Below, in pieces: positions 16,125 through 25,849 of a stretch of 32,000 bases of DNA. The notes under the pieces were generated by a model. It was given only the letters and a program-made list of their open reading frames with translations. It ran no database searches and was not told where the DNA came from. The translations under genes and the position numbers were made by a program. How positions within the stretch are numbered: position 1 is the stretch's first letter; each line of letters starts with the position of its first letter. Source of the stretch: Reyranella sp. (GTDB lineage: Bacteria; Pseudomonadota; Alphaproteobacteria; Reyranellales; Reyranellaceae); NCBI RefSeq assembly GCF_004297405.1, contig NZ_SCVC01000043.1, forward strand, positions 1-32,000, given 5' to 3'.

Positions 16125-17762
16125 ATGAAGTTCCCTCGCCTCAGCCAGTATCGAACTGGCGGCACCAGCCAACACATGAAGGTCGGCATACCCCTACCCC
16201 GCACGCCGGATGGCCGGGTCTATCGGTTTTCGCCGAATGAGAATGCGTACCCACGCCACTTTGTTATCGGCAACGTCGTCGCGAGCGTCGGCCTTTCGAA
16301 GGAACTACGCGTTCGAATGAAGCATGAGCCCCACACTAAGCAAACTGTTTGCCCCTATAGCGGCATTGTCGCCGATGACGATGCATTCATACATCCAGAC
16401 GATGTGAAAGCAGCGCTGGAAATAGTAAAGCACGCCGCAGCGCAGGACATGCAAGACGCCGTATCGGATATATTCAGAAACGCGTTCAAAGGGAGTTCTT
16501 CGGTAAAAGGACCCATCAGAGTTACGACAGACGTAAAGCGCAGCATACCAAAGCCGAAACCGCGCTTTTCCCGCCAGGACCTTATGCGTAAGCTGGTCTG
16601 CGACCATTGCGGCCGCGACTATGGACTCTTCGCCATCGGCCTCTTCTGTCCCGACTGTGGCGCCCCCAATCTTCGACTACATTTCTCGCGCGAAGCGGAA
16701 TTGGTCGATGACCAGGTCTCGCTAGCTAAAGGAATCGAAACCGAGAAGGAAGAGTTAGCTTATCGCCTGTTGGGCAACGCTCACGAAGACGTCTTGACGG
16801 CTTTTGAAGCGACGCTAAAGGCCGTCTATTTTTATGGGAAAGCGCAGGCCAATGTCAGTCCGCCAAAGGTTGGAAACGATTTTCAGAATATAGATAAGGC
16901 TCTTAGGCGGTTCGCAGAACTCAATCTCAATCCCTTCGCGGAATTGACCGATCCCGAGATGGCAGCGTTGCTGCTCAACATCCAAAAGCGCCACATCATC
17001 GGCCACAATCTCGGCGTCGTGGATGACAAGTTTGCTACCCATGCAAACGATGCCAAGGTCGGTGAGACCGTAGGTCTCGTCGGTGCAGACATCCAGCAGT
17101 TCGCCGCCATTGGTCAGAAGGTTGTCGACGGGCTCGATGCTTGGCTTTGCGGTTCACCATCACCTACCGTCAATCATTCGCCTTTGCTCATGACAATCAA
17201 GGAACCGACCGTAGATCCAGATGATCCTAAAAACCTTAGGGCGCTCGACCTTCAGCTATCGCTGTTGGCGCGCAAAGTGGCCGTTTGGGTGGCCGAGCAT
17301 TGCACCGACGGTTCGCGCGGCTTTGTGGATGCCAGCAAGCTGCGCAAGGAATTCAAAGACAACTCCGAAGTGGAACTTGAGGAAGCAGTAGCCGAGTTGG
17401 CCACTGATGGTTTCGTAGAGATATCGCATTTTTCTGGTGGCGGATTGACGAACTTCCGGCCTTTGCTCGATCTCTATCTGACATTCGACGGACCGGCATT
17501 CGGTCGTGACCCGGTCGCCGACACAGTAACAGTCACTGAGCTTGCACTGGCGAGGCCGGATAGCGTCAGGGGTGAAGAGCTCTTAGCGCAAACAGGCTGG
17601 GATCTACGACGATTCAACCCAATATTCGAGCACATTGCGGCGCAAATCCCGGATCGTGGAGTGCGCCGCTATCTTGGCACCAAGCTTTCTGTCTCTTCCC
17701 TCCACCTACTCGCCGAAGACCGCGTACAATTAAAGCGGTTCGTCGCTCGTCTGAAGAGCTAA
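16125..17762 (+). CDS. Large hypothetical protein: zinc ribbon plus candidate HEPN-like helical domain plus C-terminal winged-helix-like region
   Basis: 545 aa. The ribbon is CDHC-N12-CPDC (C159-C178). It is followed by a helical region containing NIQKRHIIGHNLG, an Rx4H motif at R289-H294 with a polar residue after R, as in HEPN. GC looks lower than in the flanking core. It is separated from the TIR gene by 525 nt with no convincing ORF. Confidence 0.6.
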   Translation: MKFPRLSQYRTGGTSQHMKVGIPLPRTPDGRVYRFSPNENAYPRHFVIGNVVASVGLSKELRVRMKHEPHTKQTVCPYSGIVADDDAFIHPDDVKAALEIVKHAAAQDMQDAVSDIFRNAFKGSSSVKGPIRVTTDVKRSIPKPKPRFSRQDLMRKLVCDHCGRDYGLFAIGLFCPDCGAPNLRLHFSREAELVDDQVSLAKGIETEKEELAYRLLGNAHEDVLTAFEATLKAVYFYGKAQANVSPPKVGNDFQNIDKALRRFAELNLNPFAELTDPEMAALLLNIQKRHIIGHNLGVVDDKFATHANDAKVGETVGLVGADIQQFAAIGQKVVDGLDAWLCGSPSPTVNHSPLLMTIKEPTVDPDDPKNLRALDLQLSLLARKVAVWVAEHCTDGSRGFVDASKLRKEFKDNSEVELEEAVAELATDGFVEISHFSGGGLTNFRPLLDLYLTFDGPAFGRDPVADTVTVTELALARPDSVRGEELLAQTGWDLRRFNPIFEHIAAQIPDRGVRRYLGTKLSVSSLHLLAEDRVQLKRFVARLKS

Positions 17763-18070
17763 GACGGCAAAGTCGCCCCGAAGGATCTACGATACCTCTG
17801 GGATGACCCAACAACTCACGATGTTTCTAGGATCTCCTAAGCGTCGCGCCTCATGAGCTTGTTCAGGCGACAGGCGGACAGCCAAGTTGCAGCCGGGAGA
17901 CGCTGTCTTAGTGGAGAATTCGTTCCAAATCTGCTTCCCAAAATAGGGCTTACTTCGAGACCAATCGATCCATCCAGTCTCAGTTTGACTAGTAACACCT
18001 CCGGCAGCGCGGCAGAGTCTCACACTTAGGCAGTACCCGACATCGGCCAAGGAGCGGTCAACCCTGTCCC

Positions 18071-19228
18071 TTAAGGACAGGCGCCAGCCAGTACGCTACG
18101 AGCAATGACCAACTTTTGGACCTCCGACGCACCTTCATAGATGCGCATGGGCCTCACTTCCCGATACAGCTGTCCGATGATTCCCCCTTCGACGATGCCT
18201 GCCCCTCCAAAAAGCTGAACAGCAGAATCCACGACACGCTGAGCGGCCTCGGTCGCCACTAGCTTTGCAATCGACGCTTCGAGGGAGCCGCGCAAGCCTC
18301 TCGTATCCTTGTGCCACGCCGCGCGATAGACAGATAGCGCAGCTGTTTCGACATCGACCGTCATGTCGGCGAGCTTCGCCTGTACTCCCTCGAGTTGCGC
18401 CATGCTGCGCCCGAACATGCGACGTTCGCGCACTCGACGAATGCTCTCATCGAGCGCTCGCCGGGCTGCTCCGACAGCGGCCGCTCCGACAGACGGCCGG
18501 AAGTAGTCGAATGTCGCCATCGCGAGCTTGAAACCCTGGCCGCGCTCTCCCAGCAACGCCGACTTCGGTACGCGGCAAGCGTCGAAGGTCAACGATCCGA
18601 TCGGGTGCGGCACGATGAGATCGATCGGCGCCGTCGAGAGGCCAGGAGTCCCGGCGTCCACGATGAAGGCCGAGAGGCCGCGCGCGCCGGGCGCTTCTTC
18701 CGTACGCGCCAATACGATGTAATGATCGGCGATTCCCGCATTGGAAATCCAGGTCTTGTGCCCATCCAGGACAAACCCGTCGTCGTCCATCCGGGCGGAT
18801 GTCGCGATGGCGGCAACGTCCGAGCCGGCGTCGGGTTCCGAGATGGCCAGCGCCGCGATGCTTTCGCCGGCACGAGCAGGCGGCAGATAGCGGCTCTTCT
18901 GTTCGGACGTGCCATGCAGACCGATCAGCGCGGTCCCCAGCCCCTGCATAGTGAACATCGCGTCGGCCAACACATTCTGATAGGCCAGCGCTTCGCGGGC
19001 GATGCAGATCGCACGGACATCGAAGACCGTTTCACCGCGCTCGGCGTGCGGCACGACGATGTCGAGGAGGCCGGTGCCGGCAAACGACCGGACGATCTGC
19101 CGTGCTTCCTCAAGAAGGCGGACGGGCCTCGTCAAGTGTCCAGGACCGATCCAGGCCTTTGCCGTTGCGGCCACGGTCTCGTGACGTGGCTCGAAGAACG
19201 GCAGATCTACGAGAGCCCAGCTTTTCAT
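18071..19228 (-). CDS. Acyl-CoA dehydrogenase family protein
   Basis: 385 aa. It contains ...ISEPDAGSDVAAI..., TWISNAG and the C-terminal IYEGASEVQKLVIAR, all classic ACAD motifs. Confidence 0.9.
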   Translation of the reverse strand: MKSWALVDLPFFEPRHETVAATAKAWIGPGHLTRPVRLLEEARQIVRSFAGTGLLDIVVPHAERGETVFDVRAICIAREALAYQNVLADAMFTMQGLGTALIGLHGTSEQKSRYLPPARAGESIAALAISEPDAGSDVAAIATSARMDDDGFVLDGHKTWISNAGIADHYIVLARTEEAPGARGLSAFIVDAGTPGLSTAPIDLIVPHPIGSLTFDACRVPKSALLGERGQGFKLAMATFDYFRPSVGAAAVGAARRALDESIRRVRERRMFGRSMAQLEGVQAKLADMTVDVETAALSVYRAAWHKDTRGLRGSLEASIAKLVATEAAQRVVDSAVQLFGGAGIVEGGIIGQLYREVRPMRIYEGASEVQKLVIARSVLAGACP

Positions 19229-19232
19229 GTTC

Positions 19233-20426
19233 TCAGATCACTCCGGCTTTCTGCAGCGACTGGAGTTCGTCCAGAGTGAGGTTCAGCAACTCACCGTAGA
19301 CTTCGGAATTGTGTTGACCTGGATCGAAGACCATTCGACCCGACTTCAGCGGCGTGCCGCTCATCTTGAGGGGCTGCCCCGGTACAGGCATGTCGCCCAT
19401 CGTCGGATGACTCGCAGTGACCACCATCTGCCTGGCACCGACTTGCGGATCGTCCAGCACCTCCCGGACATCGTTGACGACGCCGCACGGCACCTCCGCC
19501 TCCACCAAGAGGGCGACGACTTCGTCTTTGTTTCTTGGCGTCACCCATTCTTGCACGACACGCTCGACATCCTCGACGCGCCGGATCCTGGCTTCATTGG
19601 TCAGATAGTCGGGATGATCGGCCAGGTCCGCTCGCCCGATGACACGGCACAGCCGCTTCCAGATAGCATCCACGCCGGGTGCGATGTAGACAAAGCCGTC
19701 GGTCGCCTTGAAGACGTTTGCCGGCGCACTGTAAAGACGCCGGTTCCCCACGCGCGGCAGCACGTCGCCGGTCAGCCCGAAATACGGCAGGTCCGCTTCG
19801 ATCTGCGACACCGCGCTGTCGAGCAGGGCGACGTCGATCCATTGTCCTTCGCCCGTACGATCGCGGTGCTGAAGAGCCGCGAGCGCACCGATGGCGGCAT
19901 TGAGCCCCGTCACCATGGCGGCGGTCGATGTTCCAGCCTTGAGCGGCGGATCATCGGCATCGCCATTCAGGCTCATCAGCCCGCCGACGGCCTGTGCGAT
20001 CATGTCGAAGCCGCCACGATCCTTGTAGGGTCCCGTCTGACCAAATCCCGTTACCGAGATCATGATGAGTTTGGGATTGGCCTTGCGCAGGTCATCGTAG
20101 CCAAGACCCAGCTGCGCAAGGAAACCGGGGCGATAGTTCTCGATTAGGATGTCGGCTCTGCCGACCAGTTGCCGGAGGAGGTCGGCGCCTTTCGCCTGCT
20201 TGAGGTTCAGCGTCACCGTCTTCTTGTCACGGTTGTTGAGCGCGTAGTACACGCCGAAGCCCCGTACCAACGGTGTTGCGCGCCGGTCGTCATTGCCGTT
20301 CGGCCGCTCGATCTTGATGACCTCTGCGCCGAGGTCACCCAGGATCTGAGCGCAAAGCGGACCCGGGGTGAATTGCGACATGTCCAGCACGCGGACATGG
20401 CCCAGTGCCTTCTTGGGGATCGACAT
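19233..20426 (-). CDS. Family III CoA-transferase (CaiB/BaiF type)
   Basis: 397 aa. The N-terminus is VRVLDMSQFTPGPLCAQILGDLGAEVIKIERP. Its stop is 4 nt from the ACAD start. Confidence 0.9.
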   Translation of the reverse strand: MSIPKKALGHVRVLDMSQFTPGPLCAQILGDLGAEVIKIERPNGNDDRRATPLVRGFGVYYALNNRDKKTVTLNLKQAKGADLLRQLVGRADILIENYRPGFLAQLGLGYDDLRKANPKLIMISVTGFGQTGPYKDRGGFDMIAQAVGGLMSLNGDADDPPLKAGTSTAAMVTGLNAAIGALAALQHRDRTGEGQWIDVALLDSAVSQIEADLPYFGLTGDVLPRVGNRRLYSAPANVFKATDGFVYIAPGVDAIWKRLCRVIGRADLADHPDYLTNEARIRRVEDVERVVQEWVTPRNKDEVVALLVEAEVPCGVVNDVREVLDDPQVGARQMVVTASHPTMGDMPVPGQPLKMSGTPLKSGRMVFDPGQHNSEVYGELLNLTLDELQSLQKAGVI

Positions 20427-20435
20427 ATTCTTCCT

Positions 20436-21641
20436 TCAAACCTTTGAACTGCCGCCAGTCGAGCCAGCGGACCCTTGGAGCACGGCACCGGACCGGAGCC
20501 ATTGGTTGATCTGTTGTCTCGAGAACCCAGCCTCCTCGAGGATTGCCACCGAGTGCTCCCCCAGATAGGGCGCGGCTTCCTGTCGGCGTCGTAGCTTGCG
20601 AGCAGGAATACCTGGAAGTGAGATGGCACCGAGTCCGGGCTGCTGGAATCTCTCGAATGTCCCGAGATGCTGTGCCTGGGGATGCGCCATACATTGGGAA
20701 TAGTTGCGGACGGGCGCATGCAGGATGTCAGCGTCCGACAGCCTGCTGGACCACTGGTCGACACTCAGTCCTGACAGGACATCGCCGATCAGGGCGTTGA
20801 GAAGGCCGACATTGGCCACGCGCGCCGTCATTCCGGCAAACTCCGGACGATCGACCCATTCGGCATGCCCCAGCGCTTCGGCCAGGCGGGCAAACTGCTG
20901 GTCGTTCATGGTCACGACATTGATCGAGCCATCCTTCGCCTGGAATGTCCCGTTAGGCGCCGTAAGGGCCACTGACGCCCTTGCTTCCCGTTCAGGTTCC
21001 AGAGCGTGCTCGGCATAGTTGCCCACCAGCACCGCCGCAGATGTATCAAAGAGATTGATCTCGATATGCTCTCCCGTGCCGGAACGCGTCCGCTGGAAAA
21101 GCGCCGCGCCGACCGCCTGGGCCGCATACAGTCCCGCGTTAAGATCGGCGAGAAAGATGCCCATTTTCCGCGGTGAACCCTCGCCGCGATTGGAAAACAT
21201 CAGGCCGGCATCTGCTTGCATCACGGAGTCCGTTGCCGGCGCCGCCGAGTAAGGACCAGCGAGACCGTAACCGGAGATCGAAACGTAGATGAGCCCGGGA
21301 TTTGCCTGGCGCAATGCCAATGGATCCAGGCCCAGTCGCGTGGCGACGCCTGGCCTGAAATTCTGGACCACGACGTCCGCCTGCTTCGCCAGGTCGATCA
21401 GGATCCCGCGACCGGCCGCCGTAGTGGCGTCGACGCAGAGCCCTCTCTTGCCGCCATTCATGGCAATGGTGAGCGAACTGATGCCGTCGCGCAGGGCGCC
21501 GACACCTCTGGACCAGTCCCCGGCCGGCGGCTCGACCTTCACGATGTCGGCGCCTTGCTGCCAGAGAACCTCGGCACAATACGGTCCCGCAGCACCCTGG
21601 CTCACATCGAGAACCTTGAGACCTTCGTAGGGCAGCGACAT
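20436..21641 (-). CDS. Family III CoA-transferase (second paralogue)
   Basis: The internal ATG gives MSLPYEGLKVLDVSQGAAGPYCAEVLWQQGADIVKVEPPAGD. The track start at 21701 adds an Arg/Ser-rich leader. Confidence 0.9.
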   Translation of the reverse strand: MSLPYEGLKVLDVSQGAAGPYCAEVLWQQGADIVKVEPPAGDWSRGVGALRDGISSLTIAMNGGKRGLCVDATTAAGRGILIDLAKQADVVVQNFRPGVATRLGLDPLALRQANPGLIYVSISGYGLAGPYSAAPATDSVMQADAGLMFSNRGEGSPRKMGIFLADLNAGLYAAQAVGAALFQRTRSGTGEHIEINLFDTSAAVLVGNYAEHALEPEREARASVALTAPNGTFQAKDGSINVVTMNDQQFARLAEALGHAEWVDRPEFAGMTARVANVGLLNALIGDVLSGLSVDQWSSRLSDADILHAPVRNYSQCMAHPQAQHLGTFERFQQPGLGAISLPGIPARKLRRRQEAAPYLGEHSVAILEEAGFSRQQINQWLRSGAVLQGSAGSTGGSSKV

Positions 21642-21669
21642 GTACTTCAAACTCCTGCCTGACTGGTGG

Positions 21670-22647
21670 CTACTCCGGCTGGACGCCGGCCGCCTGAGCA
21701 AGTTGGCGCCATTGCGCCAGGTCCGTCTTCAAACGAGCCGCGAGCGCCGCGGGGCCTTCGCCGCTTGGTTCGGCGCCGAAATCCCTGATCTTGGCGATGA
21801 TGGCGGAGTCCCGTAGCGCCTTGGCGATGCCGTCGTGGAACTTGTCGGCCACCGTCGGCGGCAGGCCCTTGGGGCCAAAGACCGCAAACCAGACGCTGCA
21901 AACGACACCGGGGATGCCAAGCTCGCCGATCGTGGGCACGTCGGCCAGCACCGGCAGGCGCTTCTCGCTCGTTATGGCTAGGATCTTCGCCGTTCCCGAT
22001 CTGTGATGGGACATTGCCGACACGGGTGTCGTGATGCCGGCAGGAATCACTCCGGAAACCACCTCCTGGAGCATTGGTGCTGCGCCTTTGTACAAGACAC
22101 TTTCAAAGGACAACTTCCCCTTGTTCTTTATGAGGTCGCCTACCAGGCGGGCAGAGTTCTCACTGCTGCCGATCGCGTACTTGCCCGGCTGCGCGCGGAT
22201 GTCGGCGAAGAGCGCTGCGGCATCGCTGAAATTGCTCTTGGCCGAGCCGACCAGTGCGTAGGCCGTCTCGGCAATCGTAGCGATGGGCGTGAAGGCGGTT
22301 TCGGTGTCGTAGGGAATCGACTTCAGCAGCACCGGGTTGACCGCGTGCGTGCTGGTTGTGAACAGGACTGTCAGCCCATCCGGAGGAGCATTCGCGACGA
22401 TATTGCTGCCGAGGATGCCACTTCCGCCTGCCTTGTTGTCGACGATCACCGACTGCTTCCAGTCATCGGCCAACCGGGCGGTGACCAATCGGGACATGAT
22501 ATCCAACGCTCCCCCTGGTGCGGTCGGCACCACGACACGGACCGGGCCTGCGGGAAACATCTGTGCCCAGCCTGTTGATGGGAAGACGCTGAGACAAGGG
22601 AGCGACATCAACCCCTTGCCGATTGCGCGCCGCGTGATGTTGTTCAT
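21670..22647 (-). CDS. Bug/TctC-family tripartite tricarboxylate transporter substrate-binding protein
   Basis: The internal ATG has GGGAGGAAA upstream and gives MNNITRRAIGKGLMSLP...GWAQ (a signal peptide). The Bug-family core PGGALDIMSRLVTARLADDWKQSVIVDNKAGGSGILG follows. Confidence 0.85.
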   Translation of the reverse strand: MNNITRRAIGKGLMSLPCLSVFPSTGWAQMFPAGPVRVVVPTAPGGALDIMSRLVTARLADDWKQSVIVDNKAGGSGILGSNIVANAPPDGLTVLFTTSTHAVNPVLLKSIPYDTETAFTPIATIAETAYALVGSAKSNFSDAAALFADIRAQPGKYAIGSSENSARLVGDLIKNKGKLSFESVLYKGAAPMLQEVVSGVIPAGITTPVSAMSHHRSGTAKILAITSEKRLPVLADVPTIGELGIPGVVCSVWFAVFGPKGLPPTVADKFHDGIAKALRDSAIIAKIRDFGAEPSGEGPAALAARLKTDLAQWRQLAQAAGVQPE

Positions 22648-22759
22648 GTCTTTCCTCCCAGGTGCCTCAGGGAGGAAGCTAGAAGACGCGCCCTTTGGCC
22701 GGCAACGCCGCATCGCGGCAGAATTCTCGATAGAGAATTTGGGACCGTGTTTCGGAGTC

Positions 22760-23860
22760 CTAGCGGGCGCGGTGGTCTCGTTCGCCCGGCGCCTTCGGGT
22801 GAGGATAAGCGTGGGGACGTGCGAAACCTTCTTGCCCGACCAAGGCTTCGAGCTCCTTGTGCGCCCTTCTCTGAATCTCGACCAGCCGATCCTCGAGTTC
22901 GTAGTCGAACGGGTCCGCCAGCCGCTGTTCGATCTCGCCGCCTGCCTCCGGCGGATTCTCGAGATACCACCGCACCGTTTCGGGAAGCGCCTGTTCGACG
23001 GGCAGCGGATCGCGGTAACCGAGCTCGTCCTTGATTCTGGAAATGTCCATCACCCAATGATGCGGGTGATCATGGAGAGTATAGGGCAGGGATGGCTTGG
23101 CGGCCTCATTCGGCAAGCTCGCGAGCTCTATGCGCTCACCCATCGTGTCTGCCACCATCTCGATGGTCTGGCGCAGTGTCAGCGTCCGTTCATCGCCACA
23201 GTTGTAAGCTTTACCTGCACTTTCTCGCGGCTTGTCTACGGCCAGTAGTACGGCATGAGCAAGATTGCCGGCGTATCCGTGTGCGGCGAGAAGCAGTCCT
23301 CCGTCAGGAACAATGATGAATGGCCGTTTGTCCCGGATGCGCCTAATGAAACACCACTCGCGCGGAATCAGCTGGTGTGGGCCGTAGACATAAGGATACC
23401 GAAACATCGTAGCGGTTGGATGGGCAATAAAAACCGCTTGTTCAGTCTGCGTCATTAGTTGGGAGAAGCGAAGTTCATCATCTCCGGTCACGAGTGGCCA
23501 GGTTTCCGGCGTCGGCACGGGCAGGCCCGGCGGACGCAAGCGTTCGGGTTCCTTGAACCCGCGGTATATTGCTACGCCTCCTACACCGATGAATCTCGGG
23601 GTCCGCCCCTGCAGCGCTGCCGCGAGGTGTCGCAGGCGCCCGTATGTTGCGACCACCAGATCGTACGTCCGGCCGACAAGCGCATCGTCGATCGTTTCCC
23701 TGAAATGTGGATCGCCGTGAATATGAGAGACCCGGTGCTCGATCTCGGGGTTCTCATGTGTGCCCCTGTGAAAGATCGTTACCTGATATCCGCGTTCTAG
23801 AAGTCCATTGACGATGAATGGGCCGGTCGGGCCGGTTCCCCCTACGACAAGCGCGCGCAT
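22760..23860 (-). CDS. NAD-dependent epimerase/dehydratase family protein
   Basis: MRALVVGGTGPTGPFIVNGLLERGYQVTIFHRG is a Rossmann GxxGxxG motif. ATG at 23858-23860; the track uses an upstream GTG. Confidence 0.8.
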   Translation of the reverse strand: MRALVVGGTGPTGPFIVNGLLERGYQVTIFHRGTHENPEIEHRVSHIHGDPHFRETIDDALVGRTYDLVVATYGRLRHLAAALQGRTPRFIGVGGVAIYRGFKEPERLRPPGLPVPTPETWPLVTGDDELRFSQLMTQTEQAVFIAHPTATMFRYPYVYGPHQLIPREWCFIRRIRDKRPFIIVPDGGLLLAAHGYAGNLAHAVLLAVDKPRESAGKAYNCGDERTLTLRQTIEMVADTMGERIELASLPNEAAKPSLPYTLHDHPHHWVMDISRIKDELGYRDPLPVEQALPETVRWYLENPPEAGGEIEQRLADPFDYELEDRLVEIQRRAHKELEALVGQEGFARPHAYPHPKAPGERDHRAR

Positions 23861-23991
23861 ACATGGCCTCACGTCAAATAGCGTTACCGCCTACTTTGTC
23901 GGCACCGTATCCGACGAAACGGCTGTAGCAAGGGAATGCCGTCACCAAATTCTCTATTGCGAATGTGTGCTCGGAGTAATGCGGCAGGAGC

Positions 23992-24819
23992 CTATACAGT
24001 GCGCCGCGATGAGTAAGCCCGCGAGGATCCGGCGAGCCTGGCGAGTTCGACCAATTCCTGAGCGATGCCGTTTATGCTTCGGCTCGACAACTGTCCGGAA
24101 AAGGTGACTGCATTGAAGGCCAGTGCGATCCGGCCTGACGGCCCGAAAACCGGAGCGGCAATACTTAGAACTCCCCGCAGGAAGTTACCATCATCAACTG
24201 CAAAGCCTTCGCGCGCGGCGCTGGCCACCTCACGGCGGTAGGCGTCGAACGTAGGCGGCGATTGCCAACGGACGCTAGAGAACTTCCGGCGTAGCGCGAA
24301 CGGCGTCAAATCCGATTGACCGGCCACGAGGCGACCCACGGCGCCCGCCCAGATCGGCAAGCGCTGACCAATGCGCATTTGAATCTGGATGTCTGCGTCA
24401 CTGAGAGAAAATGCCGCCAGCCGAAGATGGTGTTCGTCGGCGACTTCCCAGAAGACAACGGTAACGCGAAACTTGGACGCCAGTTTCGTCATCGCCGGGC
24501 GCAGGACCTCGAGGTTGGCTTGCCGACCAAGCACGCCTTCAGCGAGGGCAACCATTCCAGTGCCGACATGATATGACTTAGACTTGGCCTCGAACCCGAC
24601 AATTCGCATTGCAACCAAAGTACGCAGAATGGCCAAGCCAGTACTGGGATTGATCGCCAGTTCTCGCACGATCTCGGTTAGCGTCATAGAGTGACTGGAG
24701 CGACTTAGTAGCTCGAGCACTCGTATCGCACTCACGACGGGCTTAACCAGCTTGCTTTCGGCGAAACCTGTTCGCTCTCTAGAAGCCGTGCGCGCTCCAT
24801 GCCGGATAGTAGTTTTCAT
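23992..24819 (-). CDS. IclR-family transcriptional regulator
   Basis: 275 aa. The N-terminal wHTH is AIRVLELLSRSSHSMTLTEIVRELAINPSTGLAILRTLV. The C-terminal effector domain contains ...NFLRGVLSIAAPVF... Confidence 0.85.
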   Translation of the reverse strand: MKTTIRHGARTASRERTGFAESKLVKPVVSAIRVLELLSRSSHSMTLTEIVRELAINPSTGLAILRTLVAMRIVGFEAKSKSYHVGTGMVALAEGVLGRQANLEVLRPAMTKLASKFRVTVVFWEVADEHHLRLAAFSLSDADIQIQMRIGQRLPIWAGAVGRLVAGQSDLTPFALRRKFSSVRWQSPPTFDAYRREVASAAREGFAVDDGNFLRGVLSIAAPVFGPSGRIALAFNAVTFSGQLSSRSINGIAQELVELARLAGSSRAYSSRRTV

Positions 24820-24994
24820 GAAGGAGGTTAGATCGCTGCTCTGGATGCCGAATAATCATTCTAGAGGAGAATTGCAATTCAGTTACAGCAGTCCGTTCGC
24901 GGATCCGGAAGAGAACGGGTCAGCCGACACAACTCCCAAATTCCGAGTGCCCGCCCCCGGTAACTCAGTGCGCGAAACGTGTTTGAACACTGTG

Positions 24995-25849
24995 CTACGG
25001 CTGTAAACCATCAGCATCCCTTGTCCGCGACCTCACAGCGTCGCGATATCCTTGATCTCGATGTGCGCAAGGTTCGCGCCGCGAGGCGCGCGAGCTGCGG
25101 TTTGATCCAATTCGGCGGCCGGATGACATTCCCATACGTGCGCGCCTCTTGTCGAAGCAACGTCGAGAACCGCGTTCGGCCATGGATTGAACGTCGGAGT
25201 ATGACGCTGTTAGGTCAGCTCGCGGGTTCTGACGTTCGACCGTCCAGGTGCCTCCCGCCTCGTTCAGCGCGGCCACGACGGTGGCCCAATCCTTCTGTGG
25301 TCTCAGACGCCACACGATGGGCAGCCAATCGTTGGCCGAGGCGGCGAGCTGCTGGACGTGACGAGACGCCCTCGCCTCTCGAATCTTGGCGATGGCTTTG
25401 GGATCCCGCGCACGCACCCCTGGATTGCTGGCGCCTCGCGCCACGGCCGCCTTGATGCCGGCACGGGTGCGGGCGGCGATAAGCTGGCGCTCAAGTTCGG
25501 CAACGGCACCCAGCACCTGCAGGGCAAAGATGCCCTGCGGGGTCGTGGTGTCGATCGGATCTGCCAGCGAGAGAAAGCCCGCTCCATTCTCTTTCAGCTG
25601 CTCGATGACCTCGAGGAGGTGACGCACCGATCGGGCAAGGCGGTCGAGCCGCACGACAAGCAGCACGTCCCCTGCCCTACAGGCAGCGATCGCCCGCGCA
25701 AGCTCCGGGCGATCGCGATCGGCGCCGGAGGCGTGCTCGGTAAACAGGGTGGTGCAACCGGCGGCCTTGAGTTCGTCGAGCTGGCCGCCCGTCGTTTGTT
25801 CGTCGGTAGAAACGCGGGCGTAGCCTATCAGGCTCAAAGGATCCCCCAC
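24995..25849 (-). CDS. Small serine recombinase (resolvase/invertase family)
   Basis: LIGYARVSTDEQ holds the catalytic Ser. Also present are ...DVLLVVRLDRLARS... and ...ALQVLGAVAELERQLIAARTRAG. The track start is GTG at 25849. A TTG at 25837 would give the canonical MSLIGYARVST and a TTGA overlap with the upstream gene's stop. The last 75 aa or so are Arg/Ser-rich and may not be native. Confidence 0.8.
   Translation of the reverse strand: MGDPLSLIGYARVSTDEQTTGGQLDELKAAGCTTLFTEHASGADRDRPELARAIAACRAGDVLLVVRLDRLARSVRHLLEVIEQLKENGAGFLSLADPIDTTTPQGIFALQVLGAVAELERQLIAARTRAGIKAAVARGASNPGVRARDPKAIAKIREARASRHVQQLAASANDWLPIVWRLRPQKDWATVVAALNEAGGTWTVERQNPRADLTASYSDVQSMAERGSRRCFDKRRARMGMSSGRRIGSNRSSRASRREPCAHRDQGYRDAVRSRTRDADGLQP

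Noticed and set aside
17787-18050. 87-aa minus-strand ORF at the right island border
   Set aside because: TTG start, no RBS, no motif. It lies in the junction sequence, and I could not find tRNA-like or repeat features there either.
18395-23248. Long antisense ORFs in the catabolic cluster (18395-19279 +, 19227-20147 +, 21216-21662 +, 22003-22578 +, 22337-23248 +)
   Set aside because: Each lies opposite a gene with strong family motifs. All are Arg-rich and low-complexity with no independent support.
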